DNA of 64,000 nt from positions 5,146,001 to 5,210,000 of the forward strand of contig CATNEN010000038.1 of NCBI GenBank assembly GCA_950097015.1. Reading direction: 5' to 3'. The translations under genes were made by a program, and so were the position numbers. A model generated the notes under the pieces. The model saw only the letters and a program-made list of their open reading frames with translations. It was not told the origin of the DNA and did no database searches. Each line of letters begins with the position of its first letter. Positions within the stretch are counted from its first letter, which is position 1. Source of the DNA: Macrostomum hystrix. Its lineage: Eukaryota > Animalia > Platyhelminthes. Shown in pieces: positions 1 to 13,900 of this stretch.

Positions 1-630
1 TGCATGCTCAGGGTTTCTCTGATGTTCGGCGTTTGGGTACTACGTGACCAATGTCGTTTCCACATTCCTTCTTAAAGAGTCTACACGAGTTATGGGTGAA
101 CTTGGTATGAATTCGCTTTTAAGTTAAATAATAGTTTCTAAGCTTCTGATCCGGAAAACGCTATACGCTATCCGGATATTGTTGGACATGTGAATATACG
201 AGCTATAAAAACGAATACAGATGAAAACTTGAAAATTCATAAAAGTTTATATTGAAGTTTATTTCATTTAAAATAAAACAGAATATTTGCTGTTGTGTGT
301 ACAATATATTTGTTTTTTTTCTTAATCTTGTTTTGTTCTTACAGGCGTACTTTTACTTCACGTAACAAAAATATAAAAGAAATACCCGGCGCTTGCACTC
401 TGCTGTGTACCAGCGTATGGTCTATTCGTTTTTACTCCGACTTGCTATTTAGAAACGCAGATTATACGTATAAATTACTAAGCTTATATAGATTATACAG
501 GGTGATCTAATTCCAGAAAGCTCCAAAGCTCTAAAAGCTTAAGTGTGCATAAAACTAAATTAGATATACGTCCAGGACGTATAACACTAGCTATATGATT
601 GCAACAGCGAAATTCCAAGCACAATCACCA

Positions 631-1311
631 TTAGCCGGCGCCACTGTCCTCAACGTTGCTAAGCAGTGCCTGAAAGTGTCGGCGTTGAATTAACTGACCA
701 ACGTTCACTTCGGCGGGATTCCAGCCGTCTTCTAAGTGTTGCCGCGCCTCTATTTTGGCGCGCAACTGGGCGATCTGCTGCTCTCGCAGTTGCTGCTGCT
801 GCAGCTGCAGCTGACGCGGTGTAGCAACGTCCCTAGCAGTCGAAATGTGGCGCAATAAGCTTGCACCGGCGCTGACCCACGAGTTGAGCGAACAAACAGC
901 GTCTGTCGCGTATGAATTCGCCTCTTTCAGATCTAGTGAGTCTGCTAGTTGCTGCTCCAGCAGACGGATCGCCTTCGTTGAGCAATCCTGACTGCTTGCT
1001 GCAATGCTTGGGCGTTGGGGCCTTTCTCTAGCTCGTTCGTAATCTCCGACGAATAGTTCACTATCAGAGGTACTCCTTATGCCGCATTTCAGTTCTTTCT
1101 CAATGCTGATGTCGCGAGGGTATATGGTGCCATTATTCTGCGGCTGCTGCTGCTGCTGCATTTGCTGCTGCTGCTGCTGCTGCTGCTTCATTTGCTGCTG
1201 CTGCTGCTGCTGCTGCATTTGCTGCTGCATTTGCTGCTGCTGCTTCATTTGCTGCTGCTGCTGCTGCTGCTGCTGCATTTGCTGCTGCATTTGCTGCTGC
1301 TGCTGCTGCAT

Positions 1312-1383
<72 letters not shown>

Positions 1384-3150
1384 ATTTTTCTGTTGCTTTT
1401 GCTGATGTAGAGGGCGCAGCAGCAGCTTTTGATGATTCAGCTGACCCAAATTGCTTTTGCTCTGCTTCTGTCTGTTTGACAATAATGGGAATCGTCGATT
1501 AAAATAAATCATCATTCTTCATGTAAATCGACGAATCGACGCATCTAACCGGAAAAAACTTTGCAACGAATAAATGCTTTCGGGCGCCCCTAAGATTAGG
1601 CTTAACCGCATTATATGCTAGTTCAAGCTGAGATGTTAAACGGGACATGCTGATTAAATGGATGTTAGCTCGTATAATTTGCTGACAATGGTTATCTTAT
1701 CTAATATGGATTTTTGCTTTTGCGCGTGTTTACCAAGCACCCCTGAAAGCAGGTACATAAATCGGATATACAAGATTATCTCTGGCACAGCTTAGATCTA
1801 AAGCTTTTTGTTTTACTTGCTGAGCTCTCTTGACCATATCTAGCAACTCTAGTTCAAAAAGCTATAACCCGCTTAAAAGTACGTTTGAACTATTTTCCAG
1901 GAAAGTACCCGACCTGTGATCGACGCCTGCGTCAGAGCGGACCCGTTCGTCGATGCCGTTGATGCCGGGCGGCCTAGCGAGGACGCGTCTTCGCAAGTTG
2001 GAGTCACCCGGGGCCCGAGGCGGCAACTGAGGCTGCGGGGGTCGCCTAGCCGTCCTTAAGTAACGCCCAGTTCGAGCCTGGTTCTCGGCCAGCTTGCTGC
2101 ATGAGATGGCCTGGTTGCTCGTGAAGGTTAGACGCACGTTGCGGCACGAATCCTGTATTGGTGCGGCTGTCTGCGTATAGTCGCCAAATCATTACATGCC
2201 TATTAACCATTAAACAGCGAACCAGAAACGCACCCGTTTCTGTGCACTAAAATCATCGAGCTCGAATCTATTGTGAGGCTGCTTTAATTCTTCAGGCGGC
2301 TTGTCGTGCTTGACAACTTGCTTGCTTGTTGAACTGACGCCTTTGAGAAACAACCCCCCCAAATGCCAGACTCCTAGTTTACTCCTGTCTCCTACTCCTA
2401 GTGGTCCTTGCCTAAATGCACAGCTAGAGTGACAGTGACACTGCCTGATATTGAAAGAGTTAGGGCAGATGTACACCAAGGTGCGTTCAGGAGTCAGCGG
2501 AAAGGGTGCAGCGGTTGCCAGGGCCCACATAGCTCTCGCGCAAATACTATTATTGTGCTATTAAGATAGCACCAATATTATATATAATGGTTACATTCAT
2601 TAGGTGATCTGAATAAATAAGGGAGTTGCGTGCTGAGTGTCTTGATATAAGTCACAGATTGTTTTCTGTGAGACTCGAGAAGTAACTTAGCTTTTCCAGT
2701 GGAGCTTCAGAAAGCAAATAATGGGTCTAATCGAGTGCTATAGAGTGAATTCCCTGACGGCTTCAAACCCAGAGCCCAAATCCCTGAGTCTCACGTTGTA
2801 TGCAGCTGAATCGCGTCCATAATTATTTCCGTCAGCTCCAGAAGTGCTGTCTGCTGCTGAACCTCCTTGAATGCGTTCAATGATGCGACGCTCCTCGGCG
2901 GATAATGAACGCATCCGAAGTCCCAGATTCGTGTCGCCGGTAAGTGAGCGCTGCTGTTCGTGGCTGCCACCGTTCACCTGGGCTAGAGTCACGCGAAGCT
3001 TCTGCGCTTGTTTCGGCCTACCACCGCTGCTTCTCGTGTTTCGGCGGCTGCGATCGTACACAGAAGGCGGCACCTTCATGTCGCGGATGCGCAACGGATC
3101 GTCCAGCAAGATTGCAGCCGCTGATTTTCGCATCTTCTCCCACTTCCCGA
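631..3150 (-). CDS. Multi-exon gene of unknown function with a long polyglutamine tract (5' part uncertain)
   Basis: The last exon 1471-631 (acceptor TCAAACAG|A) carries polyQ and a non-repetitive helical C-terminus. It joins in phase 2 to exon 2170-1914 (ACGCAG| ... CACAG|GTCGGG). That exon joins in phase 0 across a 63-nt intron to an exon ending at 2234 (AAACGG|GTGCGT). ORF 3133-2738 is probably a further upstream exon. No recognisable domain. Confidence 0.5.
1143..1381. repeat. Interrupted (CTG/CAG)n trinucleotide tract encoding polyQ with Met/Lys interruptions
   Basis: About 80 codons of CAG with CAA/ATG/AAG interruptions on the minus strand. Confidence 0.95.
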
Positions 3151-3387
3151 TCTAGCCTGGTTGCATGCGGAATAATAAGAATCCGCATGAACTCGCGCTA
3201 ATAGCAATTGAATAAGTTATTTACCATAGACTAAAAACTTGCGAAAGCACATTCTGCATGGATTTATCTGAAAATATGAAGCAGCTTGCTTGTTTATTTA
3301 GGAATTTTATATACGAGGGCTATCCCAAAAGTAAGTTTTGTAACTTTATAATTTAATTTTATCTAGGAGTTTTATCAAAGAGATTTC

Positions 3388-3685
3388 GTAGCCTTGTGGT
3401 TAGAGCGTCGGACTCACGACTTGTAGGTCGGGGGTTCGATTCCTGACTCCACTGGAGCAATTTGTGTCCTTTAGCAAGACACTTAACTCTGCATTGCTGC
3501 AGCTCACGCAGCTGTTAAAAGGGAACCAGCATCAGCTGGGGTAATTGATCGAGGGTGGGTGTGGCGTCCCCCCAGTCCATAGACTGAAAAGCTGTACGCA
3601 GCCTTCAGATGCGCCGCGCAATAGCTCCGGCTGTGCTGTCAGCTGCACATCTATCTCAATTGAGGCAGGTGTAATTAATTATTTT
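3388..3685 (+). mobile_element. tRNA-derived SINE, family A (near full length)
   Basis: A box (TAGCCTTGTGG), B box (GGTTCGATTCC), CORE-like central segment GTGTCCTTTAGCAAGACACTTAAC, 3' hairpin and AT-rich tail. Several other copies lie in the window. Confidence 0.85.
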
Positions 3686-5044
3686 TTATTTATCAAAACA
3701 TTAATTATGCCTTTGTTTGAAAATTTGTTGCATCTTTTGTTAGTTAGTTAGGTCTGTTGAAGTCCACACTTTCTCCACAAATTCAGCCAAAGTGTGAGAG
3801 ATACAATCCAGACTACTGACAACAGTAGAAAAGCAAAGACTTGGCTGCAAAACTCTCACATAACACTAAAAGAGTATCGCCATAGAAAATGGCAAGGTTA
3901 AAAGAGACTTCTGTGCACACTAAGAGTGGTGGGAGAGGACTGCGTGTGGCTATGGCTGACTGACGAAGGCAAACAAGCCAAAAACCTGTCTGCCAGCGCG
4001 AGGTTCGTTCCCCACTTTTAGTGTGTTACACAAAGTAAAACGGTACCCCAATCTTTTAATTGCCATCAAAATGCATAGCCGCGTCAGTTGGAGTTGAAAC
4101 TCTAGATCTACTGAAACAACTTAAAAGTGTTTACAATAAATCTGTTAAGTTTTAAACTTGTCCATTAAGAGGGAGCGCCACAGTTGACAGTTTATTTTGC
4201 CCCATTTTTGAGACACCCGTTATAGCGACTTGTCAAGGACAAAGACTATTCGGTTTTACTGCTTAAGCTCTGTTTAAGTAGCTATTTTTCATCCTTCTGT
4301 ACATTATTCTGCAATGCTAAAATAAATTAAGTTAGCTTGTTCCAAACATCCTCTGTTTTGAAAAACAAATAAATAAATAAAAGATTGAAGATATTGACAC
4401 AAGGCAGGCATCTCTTACAACAAGCCTCAATGCTTGAATAGCTTTATGGACAGGCCTACTCAGTGCGCTACAACGCGTGAGTTTTAAGAACTGCTCAAGA
4501 AAGGATTCTGAATGGCGGCTCCGTTCACGTTCTAAAAATAGATCCTGGATGAAGTCCAATACGAGACGCAAGCTGTTCTTGAGTGGCCCTGCCCCTGCCG
4601 TCTCTTAAGATCCTGTTTTCTGTTTTGCGGAACATTTCCACCTGCTGTTCCACTGCACTACAGACGGCTCCGCTGCTCCAGTATAGTTTCCCCTATTGGA
4701 ATTCTTCAGTTTAGAACAAGCGCAGCTGCCAAATTGGTCCGTGGCCTCGATACGGTCGCGCACGCTTGTATTCTGCAGAATGCAATCTGTCACCGGCTTC
4801 TTCCAAATGACAGATTCTCAGACCGCGCTGATGGCTCAGCTGACAAGGCTCTGAGCTTGAATGCCTGGTGAGCCCTCGACCCATTGTTTCAGGTGCTCTC
4901 ACGTGAAAAATAAAAGTCAGCAAATGGAGGAAATTTCACTCCTCGCTGCCTCCCCCTTCCTGCCGCTCATTGCATTTATCTTTCCCTCACCATCTATTTA
5001 ACTCGCATTTGCAGCCTGACATTGCTGCTCTCTCCCTGCCTCCA

Positions 5045-8000
5045 ATGCGATTGCCGTTGCGGCTGTGCCGGCAGCGGCTGTCTCTGTCGCTATGCCTGCT
5101 GCCTCTAAGCGCAGCTCTAGTGCTGCTGCTGCGGCTCCATCTGCGCCGCCTTTTATGGCAAGAGCGGCTAATAGATACTACAGCGCCGACCTCCGCAATC
5201 TGCGATCAGGTGGCTCGCGAGGCTCACCGAGTCCCGGTCAACCATCGACTTGGCGCAGCCATCGAGCAGGCAATCTACCATAGACTACTGCAGTCGCTAG
5301 CCAGTCTTAAGAAGCTGAATTTTAGCTCTACAGTCGCCCTCCGCTCCAGCAACTGTGCTGGGCGCATTCCGCCGCTGCTGCACCAGATTTATTCAACGCC
5401 TGACATCCCGGTAGCCTATCGCTTCGCCGTCATGTCCTGCTTGTTACTGAATGCCGCTCTCGGACGCTTCTCTTACGTCTTATGGACAGATGAGGATGCG
5501 TTGGCATTTGTGCGTGACAAATATCCCAGGTACCTCGACATGTACACGAGGTACAAGCAGCCGCTGCAAAGGTCGGACGCGCTGAGATACTTTATTCTGC
5601 TCTATTACGGAGGTAACTCGTTTGGAAAGTCTGCTTTGGTTCTTCGTGGCCTAAATAGACAAAAATTTCACCTAGCCAGCTTGGGCCAGATGTACAGTCA
5701 ATAGCACAGCGGCAGCTAAGGCTGTGTACAGCTGTTTAGTCTGCGGACAGGGGAGGCTGCAATACACACCTAAATTTTTACCTTAGAATTCGGTGCATTG
5801 TTAAAGGATACAAATAGCTTCTGTTGGGCTCATAGTCGAGTTCCCCTCTCGCACCAAGGCCCACTGAGCTCGATTCTGTGACGTGGCGTGAATGTCCGTT
5901 GCTACATTCATTTTGGAGCTACCTGCAGACGGAAGGCTAGGGGAGCTTGTAGGAGTGTACAGATGAACACAACCTTCATGTATTTTTAGCCTACGTAGCG
6001 TAGTGTTTATTCCACACCAGTTCGATACTCACTCTATGTTCAGGTCTGTGGACACCGGTACAACACTTTTTGACAGTAGACCCTCTGCTCATTAATGAGG
6101 ACACGTGCGCACAGCGCCAGGCAGTGTACTCACTGTGCCATGGAGGTTAACCCCAAAAAGCGTAAATTGCACAATCACGGAAGGAATTTCACACCCTAAA
6201 ATGTATACCTTACTAAAGGTAAAAAATACCCCTCGTTAAACAGGCATCTATGCCGATATGGATGTTCAGTGCTTGAAGCCATTCAACAGCCTGGCAACCA
6301 GAGAGTCCTGCTTCCTGGACCAAGAGCGACTGGAACAGAGTCAGATCCTGCACAGTCATGACAGCGCTGTGATGAATTCGGTAATGGGATGTACCAGGCA
6401 GCACTCGTTCATGCGGGTGGCGGTTCAGAACCTGCACGAGTCCAGCAGTTGTGAGCAACTTGACGAAGTTTGATTTTTCATAAGCCTGTCTTCTGCTTTA
6501 CCAAAGCCTGTCTGAGGGTCTGACACTAATGAGCCAATTATCCAGCTTTGGCGTGCACATGCGAGGTGACAATGGCTAGAGAAATACGGGCGTAAAAGCT
6601 GTTTGGTTAGCTCCAGCAATTCGTGTCAGTAATTTCATTCGTAATTGAACAGAAAGTCCAACAGTACCAACCCTATACATAATTAGCAGTACCAACCCAA
6701 TACCAATTAACAGTACCTATACAATAGCAACCAACAGTACTAGCGAAAAACCTATTACGATACGAACAGAAGGCTTTGGAACTGTTATTATGATTTTGGC
6801 CCATGAGGGCCTGGCCCAAAAGCACAGGGAGAGTGTACACCGCGTGACGATGAGAAAGCCATGGCTGATGCATCCATGTGTGGGTGTTGTGCTCAGGGGT
6901 CAGCAGAATGGGCAGAATTGCCTCCTCACTGGCTGTGGATCTACTGTCGCCAAATGAGCCTCTTCTGACTTTTCAGACTCAGACATTCTGAAGTCCACCG
7001 GACCGCTCTTCCTCACGCGGCTGTTCAGGAGTTTCATTCGGAAACAAACTCCCGAAATGCGACACGGACTGCGCGCGCTGTCACCTGAAATTTTTTCACC
7101 GTTGCTTGACGGACCGAGCAACCTGGCGAGCAATTGCAGTGAGCGAGCTTTGATTGTGCCTGTACTCACCAAGTCTAACTTGGTGGGTTAAATATATGCA
7201 TTACATTCAGTCGCTTAGAGCTTCAAGATTCGTAATTCTGACCAAAAGGTCTGGAGTTCGAATTTCAATCCCATGGATATATTTTTACACATGTTGGGCC
7301 ACATGTGCAGACGCAGCTATTGCGCGGTGCAACTGAGGTCTGCGAACGGCTGTTTAGTCCATGGACTGGGGAGACGCTACACCCACCCTCAATTACCCCA
7401 GCTAATTATGGTACACATTCAAGTATTTAGTCACTGAAGCAATGCAGAGTTAAATCTAAAAGAGGCACAAATTGTTCCAGTGGAGTCAGGAATCGAACCT
7501 CCCAAACCGTCCAGTCGTGAGTCCGTAATTAGTAATTTGAGCAAGACACTTCATGTCTCATTGCCTCTATTAATTTGAGATGTAAAGATGAAACCAGGAT
7601 TAATAATAATAATTGCAGGAGGGCTGCGGGCAATGGCACATCATTTAGTGACACTAGACCCGCAGCCAGCGAGGAGGCAATTCTGCCCGTTTCGCTGACT
7701 CCTGAGCATACACGCACACAAATACTGTACGCAGGCACACGCTCACACAGGTGTGTACATCTGCCCTGACTTTCTCATCGTCAGGCAGTGTACACTTCAC
7801 TGTGTCTTGGAGGTTGGCCCTCAAGGGCGTCAATTGCACGACAAGCCCCAAAGCCTTCTCTCCGCGGCTGCGCCCCAAATAAATGTGGCCTCGCCGTGGA
7901 ATCGAACTTAGGGACCGTGGTGCGAGAGGCAAACGCGTTAACCACTCTGCCACTCACCCCCGGAACCAGGATTAGCCAGGATAGAAATTTAGGTGGGTGT

Positions 8001-10585
8001 AGTTTAGGGTCTGTTAGGTGAAATTTTGATTTTCCGAACAGTCTTTAATACTACATGAGGCATCCCATTTTTGTTGCTATTCTAGGAAAAAAATACCTTT
8101 AGTGAGTACGCTTGCAGTGTAAAACTTGCTTAAGCACTCTCAAGATAGTGTTTGCACCTCTGCTATACTTCGATACTAAATATTGGGTCTAGGTGGGAAG
8201 GCCTAATTGATTGCTCCCACTTAGGTTACAAAAATCGATGAAGGAAAGCAACAGGCAACCAGGCACGTGACTCCATACACAGCAGCTCTCGCTGTCGGGG
8301 GAATATTTGTTACTCTGAGCTGAGCAGTCTGAGGCACAGGTGCTATAGATAGGCTTCCCCGGGCCGCAGCTGAATTGACATCAATGCGCTTCTGGCAGTC
8401 TTCAGATCTGTGAGGCTCCTGAACAATGGCCACTGCACAGCGCCAGGGGAAAAACTGGCGAACAATCGGTCATTCGCTTCTGGGAGAAGTAGTCTACATT
8501 TTTTAAATCTATTTTTAGCCGCCGGTGCTTTCCTGAGGATGCAGCAGCGCAGCAACGCTTGGTTAGACAGGGTGGGTTGGTGCCGCCTTGGCATTTTCCC
8601 CTTGCTTTACAAAGAGCTTGCAAAAGCATTAGCGTCTATGGCAATAGCACTAGAATGTTCTAAAGTTCCGCTGACTCCTGAAAGCATACACACCACACAG
8701 ATACTGTACTCAGCCACACAGTCCTACAGGTGTGTATATTTGGCCTGACTTTCTCATCGTCCAGCTTCCAAGCCTTTTCTCTGCGGCTGCGCCTTGAATG
8801 TGGCCTCACTTCGGAATCGAGCTCAGGGACCTTAGTTGCGCGAGGCAAACGCTTTAGACGGCTCTGCCACTAACGAGCCCAAACTACTAAAGGTAACCTA
8901 AGAAATGAGATTTTACCAGAATTAGATGAAGCTGACACTAAGGAAGATTAAAAGGTGTCTTCTTAAAGGTGTTGACAGAGCCGTGACTTGTCAGATTACT
9001 GCACAATAGAAAGCGGAGAAAATTAAATTTTAAGCAGCCCTGAAGATTAGCTGCTTAGCGACTTCGGCCCATGCAATTAGCGAAGCAAACGGGAAGAAAC
9101 TTTAGCGAGAAATTCTCACCTGGAAGTGAAGCGTCTTAAGTTTTGCCCAAAAGGTAATAAAGGTAATCACGCCTGTCATTTAAAAACTGAATAAATTATT
9201 TGTTTAAATGCAGTTGTAGCTGTCCGTTTAAGTGAATGAGCATTTCTTATAGACAGTTTAAGAAAATAAGTAATATATAGTCGTTTTCTAGACAGACTGA
9301 AAAGATTTATGAGTAAATATGCAGAAATTTTGACTCACTTTTGTTATATTTAATGGTTTGGTGTTTATTTAAATTAGGTATCGATGTTTGTAGAAGCCAG
9401 TATACCAGCGTTACCTGGTAACGCTGGTATGCTTTTTAATTAACGTTTTTTAATTAATTTAAAAAGTCTAGATCACAAAGTTTTTTTATTCTGCTTGCTC
9501 AACGAGAATTTTTCGCATTTGAAACCTTCCATTGAGCACAGCTCACCAGCTAAAACAGGTAAAAACGCAAGCTTGAACTATAATTGCAAGGAATTAACTC
9601 AGCGTTTTAATAAAAACTAACTTTTATATTGACAATCGGGTGAACGAAACGAAAGTTAATCTGAGCTTTTCCTAATGAAGTACATCAGAATTCCCTAAGA
9701 GTGTGGCAAGATAACTCGTGTTATCAAGTTGTACTCGTACTTGGATTGTTGAGATTGCGTCCGGCTTTTTTGTCTATGGCTAAAACTCTCTATCAATAAG
9801 TGCCAAATTCTAAACTTTACCTTTAATGGGTTATTTGATTTTTTCACTGTCTAGTATTTTAACGATCATTGTTGGTAGTTTTTTATGCAAGACAACAGCT
9901 TCTGGCTTTGCCTTCTACCATAGACTATGAACTCTTCTTATATGATTTACTTCTAGCTGGGAGTGCGAGATTTTCGTGTGTCGGAAATGAAGCAACGCAG
10001 AGTTAAGTGTCTTGCTAAAGGACACAGATTATTCCAGTGGAGTCGGGAATCGAACCCCCGACCTTCAAGTCGTGTGTCCGACGCTCTAACCAAAATGCTA
10101 CAATTTCTTGCGGTTCAAGCTAAGTGCATAAGCTTCAAGCATTAAAATGTCGTACTTTTATGAGGGCTTTTTACCCTGATAGCTAAATAACTTTGGTGAC
10201 CCACAAGCAAAAAAATGTCCTGCACCCGCCATTGAGTACACTAGTCCTAAGTTTAGCCTCCTAGTTCACACTTTGCACTATTGTAGAGCGCTGGATTCGG
10301 TTGTCTGGCAACAAGCAGATGCGGCGCCAGTTTGAGCTGCAGTTGAGCGCTTGTCGCGCATTGAAAAGCACCGGCTTTAGCCAGAGCCTGGACCGCTGGC
10401 TCACAAACGCCACCGTGGCTGTGCACCGGTTCCTACACCTCGGCTACCACAGCGACGGAGCCGTACCCCAAGCCGCAGCAGTCAAATTCAGCCTTGTCGA
10501 TGCTGCGCCTCCGCGTGTGAAAGTCTTGAGATACGTCAGCCACGCTGCAGAATTGGAACAATTGGCACAAACTTGCTTTCAGTGA
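5045..10585 (+). CDS. GT32-family DXD glycosyltransferase (SUR1/OCH1/alpha-1,4-transferase-like), type II membrane protein, about 411 aa
   Basis: Exons 5045-5612, 6244-6450, 6977-7138 and 10287-10585, all GT-AG and phase 1. N-terminal hydrophobic anchor. Motifs RIPPLLHQIY, QRSDALRYFILLYYG|GIYADMD (DXD motif assembled across a junction), NSVMG, STGPLFLT and AVH. Confidence 0.88.
7298..7528 (-). mobile_element. SINE family A, degenerate copy
   Basis: Reverse-complement match to the 3388 copy (GTCCATGGACTGGGG, CCAGTGGAGTCAGGAATCGAACC). Confidence 0.75.
7600..7962 (-). mobile_element. tRNA-derived SINE, family B
   Basis: On the minus strand: A box TGGCAGAGTGG, B box GTTCGATTCC, internal hairpin, 3' stem-loop and (ATT)n tail. 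Homologous to the copies at 17637, 24627, 25040 and 42950. Confidence 0.85.
8668..8872 (-). mobile_element. SINE family B, partial copy
   Basis: Matches CTGACTCCTGA ... CTGACTTTCTCATCGTC ... GGAATCGAGCTCAGGGACC of family B. Confidence 0.7.
9985..10105 (-). mobile_element. SINE family A, 5' (tRNA-like head) fragment
   Basis: AGTTAAGTGTCTTGCTAAAGGACAC ... GGAATCGAACCCCCGACC ... GTCCGACGCTCTAACC. Confidence 0.75.
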
Positions 10586-10980
10586 AACTGTGTTAAATTT
10601 AGCTAGTACGGCTCGTACTTATGCACGTGTTATGTGTTATGGTGTGCTATGCTCTACTACATAAAGTACTTGTTTTAGAAGCCCGATAAAATATTGGGCC
10701 ATTGACAAAAAGCCCTCCCAGATAAATGCAAAACAATATGATGCGAAACAAATTGAAATTTCATTTTGACGAACGAGTTCGTCAATTACTCATTCCAATT
10801 ATGTCCAAATTTCACGACCATTTCTTACGAACCAAAAAGCCAACCTTCTGGGAGAACAATACAGAATTCGTTTTTATATCTAGTTTTTTTCGAGTTATTT
10901 TGGACAGAAATTAATTGCCTAAACATGGTACAGGTCATTTACAAGGTCGTAGATCAATCTGCCCCGAGCACTTTTCCATC

Positions 10981-13900
10981 TATCTCACCTGTCTCATCTC
11001 TCACCTGTCTCATCTCTCACCTGTCTCATCTCTCACCTGTCTCATCTCTCACCGGTCTCATCTCTCACCTGTCTCATCTCTCACCTGTCTCATCTCTCAC
11101 CTGTCTCATCTCTCACCTGTCTCATCTCTCACCTGAAATATATCTCACCTGTCCTATCTCTCACCTGTCTCATCTCTCACCTGTCCTATCTCTCACCCGT
11201 CTCATCTCTCACCTGTCTCATCTCTCACCTGTCCTATCTCTCATCTGTCTCATATCTCGTCTGTCTCATTTCTCACCTGTCTCATCTCTCACCTGTCTCA
11301 TCTCTCACCTGTCTCATCTCTCACCTGTCTCATCTCTCATCTGTCTCATATCTCGTCTGTCTCATTTCTCACCTGTCTCATCTCTCACCTGTCTCATATC
11401 TCACCTGTCCTATCTCTCATCTGTCTCATATCTTATCTGTCTCATTTCTCACCTGTCTCATCTCTCACCTGTCTCATCTCTCACATGTCCCATCTCTTAC
11501 ATGTCTCATATCTCATCTGTCTCATCTCTCACCTGTCTCATCTCTCACCTGAAATATATCTCACCTGTCCTATCTCTCACCTGTCTCATCTCTCACCTGT
11601 CCTATCTCTCACCCGTCTCATCTCTCACCTGTCTCATCTCTCACCTGTCCTATCTCTCATCTATCTCATATCTCATCTGTCTCATTTCTCACCTGTCCTA
11701 TCTCTCACCTGTCTCATCTCTCACCTGTCTCATATCTCACCTGTCCTATCTCTCATCTGTCTCATATCTCGTCTGTCTCATTTCTCACCTGTCTCATCTC
11801 TCACCTGTCCTATCTCTCACCTGTCTCATATCTCACCTGTCCTATCTCTCATCTGTCTCATATCTTATCTGTCTCATTTCTCACCTGTCTCATCTCTCAC
11901 CTGTCTCATCTCTCACCTGTCCGATATCTCACCTGTCCTATCTCTCACCTGTCTCATCTCTCACCTGTCCTATCTCTCACCTGTCTCATCTCTCACCTGT
12001 CCTATCTCACACCTGTCTCATCTCTCACCTGTCTCATATCTCACCTGTCCTATCTCTCATCTGTCTCATATCTCATCTGTCTCATTTCTCACCTGTCTCA
12101 TCTCTCACCTGTCTCATCTCTCACCTGTCCTATCTCACACCTGTCTCATCTCTCACCTGTCTCATATCTCACCTGTCCTATCTCTCATCTGTCTCATATC
12201 TCATCTGTCTCATTTCTCACCTGTCTCATCTCTCACCTGTCTCATCTCTCACCTGTCCTATGTCTCACCTGTCTCATCTCTCACCTGTCTCATCTCTCAC
12301 CTGTCCTATCTCTCACCTGTCTCATCTCTCACCTGTCTCATCTCTAACCTGTCTCATCTCTCACCTGTCTCATCTCTCACCTGTCTCATCTCTCACCTGT
12401 CTCATCTCTCACATGTCTCATCTCTCACCTGTCCTATCTCTCATCTGTCTCATATCTCACCTGTCTCATCTCTCACCTGTCCTATCTCTCACCCGTCTCA
12501 TCTCTCACCTGTCTCATCTCTCACCTGTCCTATCTCTCATCTGTCTCATATCTCGTCTGTCTCATTTCTCACCTGTCTCATCTCTCACCTGTCCTATCTC
12601 TCACCTGTCTCATATCTCACCTGTCCTATCTCTCATCTGTCTCATATCTTATCTGTCTCATTTCTCACCTGTCTCATCTCTCACCTGTCTCATCTCTCAC
12701 CTGTCCTATATCTCACCTGTCCTATCTCTCACCTGTCTCATCTCTCACCTGTCCTATCTCTCACCTGTCTCATCTCTCACCTGTCCTATCTCACACCTGT
12801 CTCATCTCTCACCTGTCTCATATCTCACCTGTCCTATCTCTCATCTGTCTCATATCTCATCTGTCTCATTTCTCACCTGTCTCATCTCTCACCTGTCTCA
12901 TCTCTCACCTGTCCTATCTCACACCTGTCTCATCTCTCACCTGTCTCATATCTCACCTGTCCTATCTCTCATCTGTCTCATATCTCATCTGTCTCATTTC
13001 TCACCTGTCTCATCTCTCACCTGTCTCATCTCTCACCTGTCCTATGTCTCACCTGTCTCATCTCTCACCTGTCTCATCTCTCACCTGTCCTATCTCTCAC
13101 CTGTCTCATCTCTCACCTGTCTCATCTCTCACCTGTCTCATCTCTCACCTGTCTCATCTCTCACCTGTCTCATCTCTCACCTGTCTCATCTCTCACCTGT
13201 CCTATCTCTCATCTGTCTCATATCTCACCTGTCTTATCTCTCATCTGTTTAATATCTGCCCTGTATCATCTCTCACCCTGTCTCAGCTTTCACCTGTCTC
13301 ATCTCTCACCTATATCATCTCTTATCTGTCTCATCTCTACCCTGTCGCATCTCTCACCTGTCCCATCTCTCCCTGTCTCAGCTCTCACATCCTATATCTA
13401 TCGCTTGTATCATCTCTCACCTGTCCTATCTCTCACCTGTCTCATCTCTCACCTGTCCTATCTCACACCTGTCTCATCTCTCACCTGTCTCATATCTCAC
13501 CTGTCCTATCTCACACCTGTCTCATCTCTCATCTGTCTCATTTCTCACCTGTCTCATCTCTCACCTGTCTCATATCTCACCTGTCCTATCTCTCATCTGT
13601 CTCATATCTCATCTGTCTCATTTCTCACCTGTCTCATCTCTCACCTGTCTCATCTCTCACCTGTCCTATGTCTCACCTGTCTCATCTCTCACCTGTCTCA
13701 TCTCTCACCTGTCCTATCTCTCACCTGTCTCATCTCTCACCTGTCTCATCTCTCACCTGTCTCATCTCTCACCTGTCTCATCTCTCACCTGTCTCATCTC
13801 TCACCTGTCTCATCTCTCACCTGTCCTATCTCTCATCTGTCTCATATCTCACCTGTCTTATCTCTCATCTGTTTAATATCTGCCCTGTATCATCTCTCAC

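Noticed and set aside
3388-3460. tRNA gene (Val-like CAC loop), and similar heads elsewhere
   Set aside because: Imperfect cloverleaf continuous with a repeated SINE body
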